Source: a virus (lineage: Duplodnaviria; Caudoviricetes). From it: DNA of 26,233 nucleotides. This document shows, one piece after another, positions 8,387-15,317 of this stretch. Each line of letters begins with the position of its first letter. Positions within the stretch are counted from its first letter, which is position 1. The position numbers and the translations under genes were made by a program. The stretch is from IMG/VR virus record IMGVR_UViG_3300043451_000056, positions 1 through 26,233 of that record. The stretch is one strand, 5' to 3'. The notes below the pieces were generated by a model. It had not been told where the DNA came from, ran no database searches, and saw nothing but the letters and a program-made list of their open reading frames with translations.

Positions 8387-8584
8387 ATGTCAGACACAAC
8401 TAAATGTAATGGCGAAGGATGTTCTATTAAAGATTCTTGCCATAGGTACACGATTAAAGCAAATGAATACTACCAATCATATTTTGCAGAGCCACCAACC
8501 AAAGATGGAAAATGCGAAATGTATTGGGGTGAAGATGCACAATTTATTTGGGATACTTTAAAAGATATATGTAATGGTAACTAA
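8387..8584 (+). CDS. small Cys-rich phage protein
   Basis: C-x4-C-x5-C-x-RY..QSYF..C-x2-YW pattern. Confidence 0.8.
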   Translation: MSDTTKCNGEGCSIKDSCHRYTIKANEYYQSYFAEPPTKDGKCEMYWGEDAQFIWDTLKDICNGN

Positions 8585-8843
8585 AAAAAATATACTATAT
8601 ACCTATGAACAAGTAATAGATATTCTAACATCTGGCTCATTTCCATATAATTCAGATGAGATTGATGAAATTTTATCAGAATATATACCCATCGAACTAC
8701 CAAGTGAAGAGGAGATAGATGCAATCGCAAATGATATCGGGCACAATTATTTTGTTATGCAAAGAAATCATTATGAAGGCTTAATTGAAGGCTCAAGGAG
8801 AATGGCATATTGGTTTATGAAACGTTTTAAACAAGAAGACTAA
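8574..8843 (+). CDS. hypothetical protein (YTxEQV / IELPSxEEI family)
   Basis: paralog of 7669..7905. Confidence 0.8.
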   Translation: MVTKKNILYTYEQVIDILTSGSFPYNSDEIDEILSEYIPIELPSEEEIDAIANDIGHNYFVMQRNHYEGLIEGSRRMAYWFMKRFKQED

Positions 8844-9052
8844 TGGGCATACTTAGAAAAGTCGTACGACAAAAAAAGCAAGAAGAAAAGGAAGAAAATT
8901 ATTGGAGCTTATACAAAAAATACGCACATCTTCCATATCATATGCAACCTTATGAGTTCATAAAATTGCAGTCTGAAAGAGAAAAAAAAGAAATGTTAGA
9001 ATTAAGTAATTTTTTGAAAGAATTATTAAACGAAAAGAAAGATAATGATTAA
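8843..9052 (+). CDS. hypothetical charged protein
   Basis: TAATG coupling. Confidence 0.7.
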   Translation: MGILRKVVRQKKQEEKEENYWSLYKKYAHLPYHMQPYEFIKLQSEREKKEMLELSNFLKELLNEKKDND

Positions 9053-9248
9053 CGAACCAATGTATAAAGTAAAACTTCCTGACGAGGTTAGCGAGTTTCT
9101 AAGAATGAATTCCAATATGGTAATGATTGATGGATTAGAATACTATCAGCCAGCCCAATTTTGGTACACATTAGCCTATGCGGGAAGTAATAATATATTT
9201 GAAGTGCATAAAGAATTACCAACTAAACAACAAGACAATGGAAAATAA
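9045..9248 (+). CDS. hypothetical protein
   Basis: ends in KQQDN, encoded by the junction repeat. Confidence 0.7.
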   Translation: MINEPMYKVKLPDEVSEFLRMNSNMVMIDGLEYYQPAQFWYTLAYAGSNNIFEVHKELPTKQQDNGK

Positions 9249-9570
9249 ACAAACAGGAGAAGTAAGCGGAATTTATACATACGACTTCAAAGATGGAGAT
9301 TATGTTGGTATTATGCAGGATGGAACAATAGTTAAGATGGGAACTAAACAAACGGCAGTAGAATGGTTAATTGAGCATATAAAATTCGATGCTATGTATG
9401 AAGCTAAAACAATTGATGAATGGGTAAATGTATTTCAAAGAGCCAAAGCAATGGAGAAAGAGCAGATAAAAGAATCATTCAAGCACGGTGAAATACCTAA
9501 GTTATTTATAAACTCAAATGCAGAACAATACTACGAAGAAACTTATGGCACCAGACAAAGTAACAATTAG
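9238..9570 (+). CDS. hypothetical protein (KQTAVEWL..AKAMEKEQI..AEQYY family)
   Basis: start moved to ATG 9238 within the junction repeat. Confidence 0.8.
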   Translation: MENKQTGEVSGIYTYDFKDGDYVGIMQDGTIVKMGTKQTAVEWLIEHIKFDAMYEAKTIDEWVNVFQRAKAMEKEQIKESFKHGEIPKLFINSNAEQYYEETYGTRQSNN

Positions 9571-9991
9571 AATGAAGCCCACCGCCGAGCAGATGGCTGA
9601 AGTAAGGCGACTGTTTGAAAGCAAGCGAGTCAAGAGTAAAACTGGCACTACGCTTGGCGACTACTTAGTTACTCATTTCAGCAAAGAGATTGCCGATGCA
9701 ATACGAAAGCAAGAAGATATTGAGAACAGAAAGAATGGGATAAGACGTAAGCGAGGTCTTTCGTTTCCTAAACTCAAGCATCATAAACTAGATTGCTATT
9801 GGTGCGGAAGCTCGCAAGACGTTGAACTTATCTCGAAGCTGATGGAAGGGAAGAAGCAGATAAGTTATCCGTGCGACAAGTGCGCGCGAAGGATGAAAGT
9901 AATGGTTACGGTAGCTGGATTCTTTTCAGGATACCCTGCCGACAAAGCAAGATATTTACGCAACAAAGAAAAAGGAACATCAAGGATATGA
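9545..9991 (+). CDS. basic zinc-ribbon protein
   Basis: CYWC and CDKC pairs; start uncertain (9545 or 9572). Confidence 0.7.
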   Translation: MAPDKVTIRMKPTAEQMAEVRRLFESKRVKSKTGTTLGDYLVTHFSKEIADAIRKQEDIENRKNGIRRKRGLSFPKLKHHKLDCYWCGSSQDVELISKLMEGKKQISYPCDKCARRMKVMVTVAGFFSGYPADKARYLRNKEKGTSRI

Positions 9992-10254
9992 GATATATGA
10001 ATCCAAAACAAGAGGCTGAAGATTTAGTAGCACTCTTTGAATATGAGGACAATTTAGGGGTTGCCTTTAATACGGGCATTGAGGGTATTAATAAAGAGCA
10101 AGCCAAAGAATGTGCAAAAGTTGCAGTAGGTAAAATTTTAGATTTCATAAGGTATAATGTTACTCCTTATACTTATGACAATAAATCAATGGAGGCTGTA
10201 ATTATTAATAGACAACACTACATAAAGGTTATACAGGAAATAGAACAACTATGA
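9988..10254 (+). CDS. hypothetical phage protein (MxPKxxAxxL..AKECAxxAV family)
   Basis: start moved to the ATGA overlap at 9988. Confidence 0.75.
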   Translation: MRYMNPKQEAEDLVALFEYEDNLGVAFNTGIEGINKEQAKECAKVAVGKILDFIRYNVTPYTYDNKSMEAVIINRQHYIKVIQEIEQL

Positions 10255-10466
10255 CACCAAAAGAAATTGACATCTCATTTGAAGAATGGGACTACACCTG
10301 CGGAGATGGATGCTGTTATGACTATGGTATTACCTTGAAAGTAGGCGACGTAGAAATTACCGATTACGCAGATATGAATATCGAAGACACTATTACTAAG
10401 CTACTAGAGCATCTTGGGTATAAAGTAAACGTAAACCACGTTCAACAAAGAACTATGGGTAATTAG
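10251..10466 (+). CDS. small acidic protein with a CGDGCC motif
   Basis: ATGA overlap; WDYTCGDGCCYDYG. Confidence 0.75.
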   Translation: MTPKEIDISFEEWDYTCGDGCCYDYGITLKVGDVEITDYADMNIEDTITKLLEHLGYKVNVNHVQQRTMGN

Positions 10467-10504
10467 CAAAACTTGCAAAATTTACAACTTTTAATAATAG
10501 AATA

Positions 10505-10639
10505 ATGAAAGCAAAATTTTACGTCACAAGACGATTTATCGAAGTATTACCTAGCGTCAGAGTGCGCTACGGATTCGCATCACTGCCCACGTCAATCACA
10601 TTCTCGTGGATTATTTTCTCACTAAGAATAACTTTTTAG
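10505..10639 (+). CDS. 44-aa hypothetical protein (not in the ORF track)
   Basis: MKAKFYVTRRFIEVLPSVRVRYGFASLPTSITFSWIIFSLRITF; ends 2 nt before the next ATG. Confidence 0.55.
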   Translation: MKAKFYVTRRFIEVLPSVRVRYGFASLPTSITFSWIIFSLRITF

Positions 10640-10641
10640 GT

Positions 10642-10905
10642 ATGGATGATAACATAAAAGACATTATCGAACAGGCGTCATACAATATATCAGACGCCTA
10701 TCAGCGCGGACTAAACATCGGCAAAGAATCTGGAAGCAAAATACCTGAAGCTAGAGAAATGCTAATGGGCTTTATCTCATACATAAAGAGATACAGAATA
10801 GTATATACAGATTACGGAATATCATTCGCTGATGGAGACAATATTTATTCGGAAAACTTAGTTATCAAGAACTTTTTATTAACGTACGATTATGACAAAG
10901 AATAG
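10642..10905 (+). CDS. hypothetical protein
   Basis: start moved to ATG 10642. Confidence 0.7.
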   Translation: MDDNIKDIIEQASYNISDAYQRGLNIGKESGSKIPEAREMLMGFISYIKRYRIVYTDYGISFADGDNIYSENLVIKNFLLTYDYDKE

Positions 10906-11173
10906 AACAATAACGAGAAACAAACTAATTAAGCATCTGCGGGAGAAGAACGTGTCATTCCAGATTATGGATGGCAGAATTATCATAATGGTATCTGATG
11001 GAGAATATCATTATTGTTCAGTAGATGTAATAGGCAATAGCCTAGATTGGTATCATTCGAGAAGACCGTTTACATTTTATGTGATATGCCCTCTTGATAC
11101 AAAAGATGGGATAAAGGCTATTGACAATTATTTAGAAAGAGCAAATAAGAATGGAAGAATCACTGCAAGATAG
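10892..11173 (+). CDS. hypothetical protein
   Basis: operon overlap. Confidence 0.7.
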   Translation: MTKNRTITRNKLIKHLREKNVSFQIMDGRIIIMVSDGEYHYCSVDVIGNSLDWYHSRRPFTFYVICPLDTKDGIKAIDNYLERANKNGRITAR

Positions 11174-11417
11174 AATAAAGAAATATTACCAGATGGCCGA
11201 AGAGTGGGCTGTAGCGTACTTAAAGGAGAACACTGAACCAATGACAATCACTATCAAAAAAGGGCAAACTATTCACGACCATTTATCATATTTAGATGTT
11301 TCGCTAGAAAGATTAAGATACTCTGGAGGTAAAGAACAGTACGCTTCCTACATCAGAATAAAAGAATTTAAAGATTTTATTAATAAATGTAAACCAATTG
11401 TTGATAAAATCATTTAG
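11151..11417 (+). CDS. hypothetical protein
   Basis: operon overlap; last CDS before the ncRNA promoter. Confidence 0.7.
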   Translation: MEESLQDRIKKYYQMAEEWAVAYLKENTEPMTITIKKGQTIHDHLSYLDVSLERLRYSGGKEQYASYIRIKEFKDFINKCKPIVDKII

Positions 11418-11431
11418 TTTAGTTAACTTTG
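11400..11431 (+). promoter_or_regulatory. Bacteroidota-type promoter driving the non-coding locus
   Basis: GTTG 11400-11403, 20-nt spacer, TAACTTTG 11424-11431. Confidence 0.7.
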
Positions 11432-11629
11432 TTTCAACAAATGTGGCGCACGGTATCTACATTTTTAGCAGGCCGATGCCTTGGCGTGTGATGGTTAGCG
11501 ATAGTATTAAGTTTGTTGCCTTGCGCGGGATGATTTTTCGTACGCAGATTTAATATGAGAGCGATTGTAGATTAAATTATTTGTCGTATCGCTAACAAAG
11601 GCTGACAATCTGGAAAGACAGGCAAATTT

Positions 11630-11758
11630 AGTGCAATGGCGGAATGGTAGACGCTTGATTTTGTGGACTTGGAACTTAGGATAGAGTGCAGGCTGATACA
11701 AAATTAAATTTAGTGACAATCCAAAACTAAAATACAGGTTCGATTCCTGTTTGCACTA
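11630..11758 (+). ncRNA. atypical 129-nt tRNA-like RNA (Leu-type D-arm, expanded anticodon arm, long variable arm)
   Basis: acceptor AGTGCAA/TTGCACT; D-arm TGGCGGAATGGTAGACGC; T-arm ACAGG-TTCGATT-CCTGT; no encoded CCA. Confidence 0.8.
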
Positions 11759-11848
11759 CAAAACACCATAATACCGAAAATGGCAAGTCCTGTCAGTCAT
11801 TAGTAGGGAGAGGGCAAAATAATTGCAATGGTTGGTGTAGTTGCAATT

Positions 11849-11875
11849 TGACTGATGGAAAGACATCATTTTTTT
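11849..11875 (+). terminator. TGAC-stem-GAAAGA hairpin followed by T7; possible 3' end of the ncRNA transcript
   Basis: TGATG-GAAAGA-CATCA-TTTTTTT; the stem is short for a terminator. Confidence 0.4.
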
Positions 11876-11978
11876 ATATGAGATATGTAAGGATAAAGCT
11901 GACAATAATGATATTGAAGATATATTTTGCAACAGGTATCACTTTGTAACGCCTTGTGCAAAATATTACCATTACTTT

Positions 11979-12140
11979 GTGTCACAATTCTTTAAATATG
12001 TGTGACACTATTGAATGAGAATTGATTCATTAACGCTATAATTATACCTTAATGATTGATATGTCGTGCAATATTTATACTAATAGTATAAATGTGAAAT
12101 TAAAAATAAACTATTATACCTTAATGGGTATTATAATGCA
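11979..12140. repeat. AT-rich cluster of inverted and direct repeats
   Basis: GTGTCACA/TGTGACAC; 21-nt palindrome 12073-12093; ATTATACCTTAATG at 12041 and 12113. Confidence 0.7.
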
Positions 12141-12189
12141 CAAAATGATATATTTTATACCCTTTAAAGAAACATTAAAACCAAACAAA

Positions 12190-12390
12190 ATGAAAAATTT
12201 ATCAATACCAGCATTATTTATCTACCTGTTTGTTATTGCAACAATTCTTACAGGAGAAGTCAAATGTATCATCAAGGCAGTTAACTGCGATTGGAACCCA
12301 ATTGGTAAGGCGGAGATTGTCTACACAGGAGCTGCTTTAACGGGACTTGGAGTTATTGTCGGCTATATGGACATTCAAGATACTAAGTAA
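12190..12390 (+). CDS. small membrane protein
   Basis: start moved to ATG 12190 after AAACCAAACAAA; two hydrophobic segments around C-x6-CDW. Confidence 0.75.
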   Translation: MKNLSIPALFIYLFVIATILTGEVKCIIKAVNCDWNPIGKAEIVYTGAALTGLGVIVGYMDIQDTK

Positions 12391-12394
12391 TAGA

Positions 12395-12625
12395 ATGAAA
12401 GATGCTCCATTAACTTCTCTGTCGCATCAAATTAATACCATAATAAGGGACAGAAAAAACGCGCTTCGTTCGAAGATGTCGGACTTGTGTAACGACAAGT
12501 TGACCAAGCAAGATACGAGTCAAGCGGAGTTGATTTTAAGGGCAAAGCTTGACGAGCTTGACACAATTAGCGAAAAGATATTTAAAGTATTACTTAGCAT
12601 ATACAATGATTCAAAAAAGCAATAA
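12395..12625 (+). CDS. hypothetical helical protein
   Basis: start moved to ATG 12395. Confidence 0.65.
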   Translation: MKDAPLTSLSHQINTIIRDRKNALRSKMSDLCNDKLTKQDTSQAELILRAKLDELDTISEKIFKVLLSIYNDSKKQ

Positions 12626-12878
12626 GATAAACGAAATAATCGAAACGTTCCCAGATGAAACTTTCATTAAAATGGATGGCTTCAATGACGCAATCGTTGG
12701 CGCGCACTACGGGGATGATGGACTAAGTCTGGTCTATTCTATTAGCAATATAATTGAATGTCTGGTAAGAGATGGGATGACAGAAGACGAGGCAATAGAA
12801 TATTTCGAATATAATGTGGCGCCAAGCGTCCTTTATGTAGAAAATGCACCAATACTTATATACACAGATTTTAACTAA
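12606..12878 (+). CDS. conserved phage protein (DGFxDAIxG..VYS..EAIEYFEYN family)
   Basis: recognisable motif string; start moved to 12606. Confidence 0.8.
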   Translation: MIQKSNKINEIIETFPDETFIKMDGFNDAIVGAHYGDDGLSLVYSISNIIECLVRDGMTEDEAIEYFEYNVAPSVLYVENAPILIYTDFN

Positions 12879-12893
12879 AATAAATAAACGATT

Positions 12894-13250
12894 ATGCCAA
12901 AAAGATTACTATCTGATGCTGAGCTGCGAGATATGATTCGCTACTACGCTTACTGCCAATCTCTAAGAGATTTTATTGACGAAAAAGTTGTTGCATCTAA
13001 TTTCCATTATCAGAAAATTAAGCAATACACAAATCTTCTCGTTAAAGAATTGGAGCGTCAAGTTGATGTATTGATGGCCGTTGAGGCTGGGGAAAGCGGT
13101 GGAACTGTGTTAGAACAGTTTATTAATGCCTCTATGCAGGCAGATTACCTATTTGACATTGCATTAAAAATGGAGACGTTAGATAGAGACACTAAAATAG
13201 AATGTGCAACTAAAGTTTCAGAAATATTCAAGAGCTATGGCGTCGAATAA
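12894..13250 (+). CDS. hypothetical protein
   Basis: 118 aa, A-rich start context. Confidence 0.75.
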   Translation: MPKRLLSDAELRDMIRYYAYCQSLRDFIDEKVVASNFHYQKIKQYTNLLVKELERQVDVLMAVEAGESGGTVLEQFINASMQADYLFDIALKMETLDRDTKIECATKVSEIFKSYGVE

Positions 13251-13665
13251 CGAACAAACAACCACAACATTTACTGACAGCATTGTCTTTGAAATCATTA
13301 AGGAGTTCGGAGAGCGTGCGCAGAAAGGGTACGAGAAGTACGGAACTGATATGGATAGGACAGACTTATCTACATCAGATTGGTGTCAGCATTTGAGAGA
13401 GGAGTTAATGGATGGGTTAGTATATTTAACTCGATTACGCAAAGACATACTACTACTAGAAGAAGAGCTACGAGCATTTAAATCAGAGAGAATACATAGA
13501 GAAATTTTGTGGGAAGAAGATTTAAAGAAGGCTGTTAATTTGACAACGTCATCGACAAATGGAACAACTGGCACTGGAGTTGTATATTCAATGATACCGA
13601 AACCAAACGAAGTTTATACTGATGAAGAGCCTGTTGTTCGTAAGAGATATGGCTTCCACAGATAG
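13237..13665 (+). CDS. conserved phage protein (G-x2-KYGT..W-x2-HL-x-EELMD), possibly all-alpha NTP-pyrophosphatase-like
   Basis: EExxD acidic helix motif; function is inference; start moved to 13237. Confidence 0.65.
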   Translation: MASNNEQTTTTFTDSIVFEIIKEFGERAQKGYEKYGTDMDRTDLSTSDWCQHLREELMDGLVYLTRLRKDILLLEEELRAFKSERIHREILWEEDLKKAVNLTTSSTNGTTGTGVVYSMIPKPNEVYTDEEPVVRKRYGFHR

Positions 13666-13701
13666 TTTTTTCTAATGTTTAATTTGATTGTGATTTCTTT
13701 G

Positions 13702-13733
13702 AAAGGTAGTTTGCTATGTGAGCTACCTTTTTT
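13702..13733 (+). terminator. intrinsic terminator
   Basis: AAAGGTAGTT/AGCTACCTTT stem plus T-run. Confidence 0.8.
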
Positions 13734-13753
13734 GTTTAATTTTAAATAAACAT

Positions 13754-13786
13754 TTTGATTTATAATATATTTGTATTACCTTTGAT
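13754..13786 (+). promoter_or_regulatory. consensus Bacteroidota promoter
   Basis: TTTG 13754-13757, 19-nt spacer, TACCTTTG 13777-13784. Confidence 0.85.
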
Positions 13787-13812
13787 ACCGTAAACCAAAC
13801 AAAACGTCTATT

Positions 13813-14118
13813 ATGGCAAAAACACTTAAAAACACAGAAGCATCTGGAGCAAAGAAAAACGTTAGTGATATTCAGTTCTGGGGCAACGGAGACACTTGGA
13901 AATTAATTTCTAAGGCTAGCTCTGAAAACGAAGGTTGGATGAAGTCAACTAAGGCTGTTCAGCTAAACGAAGGTTGCTTAGTTCAAGTAACTACACAACA
14001 ACGTAATCCAGATGGCTCTTACGCATTAGCAGAGGCTATCTCATTCGCACCTAAAGCGCGTATATCTGAAACGATAGACGTTGTGACAGGAGAAGTATTA
14101 TCAAGAGAATTAATTTAA
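13813..14118 (+). CDS. conserved phage protein (KASSxxEGWMKSTKA..CLVQVTTQQ family), function unknown
   Basis: first gene after a consensus promoter. Confidence 0.8.
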   Translation: MAKTLKNTEASGAKKNVSDIQFWGNGDTWKLISKASSENEGWMKSTKAVQLNEGCLVQVTTQQRNPDGSYALAEAISFAPKARISETIDVVTGEVLSRELI

Positions 14119-14137
14119 AACCAAAACCAAACAAAAT

Positions 14138-14842
14138 ATGGCACGTTCAGACGCGTACAAACCGACCTTAGAGTCTCCAGTTGAGAAATACTTAACTTGG
14201 TCTTCTAACGACAAATGCTTTGCTTATTACAGCAAGCAACTTAACAAGATGGTGCAAGTACCATTACCAATTAAGCTCATCCATTTCGATGAATTTGCTA
14301 CAATCAAGGGCTTCCACGATAAGTCTGGTAGCTCAATCTATTCCAATGAAGTAAAGTCTGTTAAGTTCGAAGAGCTTAATGTACGTTCTTTCAAAGGCGG
14401 AGAATTAGCTAAAGGTCTTTATCAAGACATTAAATCAAAAGTAAATGAACTTGGTGGTTCATACCACACTAGCTTATACGCTTTATTGGGAGATGAGATT
14501 GTTAATATCCAAATGAAAGGCTCTGCTGTTCAAGCTTGGTCTGATTTCACAAAAGAGGGCAGAAAAAGCTTCTTAACCAACTACATTGAGGTTAACTCTG
14601 CAATCGAAGCAAAGAAAGGCTCTGTTAAATATAGCACGCCTGAATTTAAGATTGGAGGCGCAATTGAGTCTAAGGTGGCCACAGCTGCAGATGTTAAATA
14701 CGACGAGCTAGTAGCGTATTTTGCAGCTAGAAAAGCAAATGCTAGTCAAGCTCAAGTATCTGCTGCTACAGTAACTGATTATCCAGATGCTGAAGAAGTA
14801 TTAGCTCCTTCGAAAGATGAATTTGACGCACTTCCTTTTTAG
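14138..14842 (+). CDS. putative ssDNA-binding protein
   Basis: beta-rich body, low-complexity linker and acidic tail ending DEFDALPF, like an SSB C-terminus. Confidence 0.65.
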   Translation: MARSDAYKPTLESPVEKYLTWSSNDKCFAYYSKQLNKMVQVPLPIKLIHFDEFATIKGFHDKSGSSIYSNEVKSVKFEELNVRSFKGGELAKGLYQDIKSKVNELGGSYHTSLYALLGDEIVNIQMKGSAVQAWSDFTKEGRKSFLTNYIEVNSAIEAKKGSVKYSTPEFKIGGAIESKVATAADVKYDELVAYFAARKANASQAQVSAATVTDYPDAEEVLAPSKDEFDALPF

Positions 14843-14846
14843 TATT

Positions 14847-15317
14847 ATGAATGAGCTAATAAAGTTGGAGCAAAATAGCCTGTTAAAAGAGACCGCTAAA
14901 GAAGGACTTGATAACATTGTCAACTCTTACCTTGAGCGCATCTCTTTTGAGGGCGGAGATGTTGAGGGAGACTATGCTCTGTGCGAAAAGTATATTTATA
15001 TGTTAACTGAAATGAAGGCTGGATTAAAGCCGTTTGTTGAAAAGGAAGCTAATAAATATGAGAATAGCAGTATGTCTAAATTTGGGGTATCTATGCAGGC
15101 TGTAGATAGAACAAGATATGACTTCTCTAACAATGAGAAATGGGTTGAACAGAAGAAAGCTGTTGATGAACAAAGCAAAAAGCTAAAAGAGATTGAGGCA
15201 TTTGCTAAGACATTGAAGTCTGTAACAACTGTGGTTGACCCCGAATCTGGCGAAATAACAGAATACTATCCGCCAGCACGCAATAGCAATAGAACCATTA
15301 GAGCGACTATAAAATAA
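14847..15317 (+). CDS. hypothetical phage protein, partly coiled-coil
   Basis: start moved to 14847; TRYDFS and VDPESGE motifs. Confidence 0.75.
   Translation: MNELIKLEQNSLLKETAKEGLDNIVNSYLERISFEGGDVEGDYALCEKYIYMLTEMKAGLKPFVEKEANKYENSSMSKFGVSMQAVDRTRYDFSNNEKWVEQKKAVDEQSKKLKEIEAFAKTLKSVTTVVDPESGEITEYYPPARNSNRTIRATIK

Larger units (their letters stand above)
7655..9240 (+). repeat. dispersed 17-nt gene-junction repeat TAAACAACAAGACAATG
   Basis: exact at 7875-7891, 8158-8174 and 9224-9240; variants at 7655-7671, 8373-8389 and 8828-8845; each ends in a start ATG. Confidence 0.9.

Noticed and set aside
7764-8719. 30-nt near-identical pair as DGR template/variable repeats
   Set aside because: Too short, only one mismatch, mid-gene, and no reverse transcriptase in the window.
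7655-9240. Junction repeats as a CRISPR array
   Set aside because: Spacing is hundreds of bases and irregular, the intervals are whole genes, and no cas genes are present.
11602-11621. CTGA..GAAA as a hammerhead core, or a tRNA-associated HDV-like (theta) ribozyme nearby
   Set aside because: The CUGANGA core and three-stem junction are absent, and I could not build a nested double pseudoknot 3' of the tRNA by eye; an Infernal search would settle it.
11655-11707. Group I or II intron in the tRNA-like element
   Set aside because: The insert is about 34 nt, far below the size of a self-splicing intron.
11507-11719. Minus-strand 70-aa ORF
   Set aside because: Antisense to the structured RNA, against local gene direction, with no recognisable motifs.
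12052-12189. N-terminal extension of the 12190 gene
   Set aside because: It crosses the AT-rich palindrome cluster, and the conserved initiation motif sits at ATG 12190.
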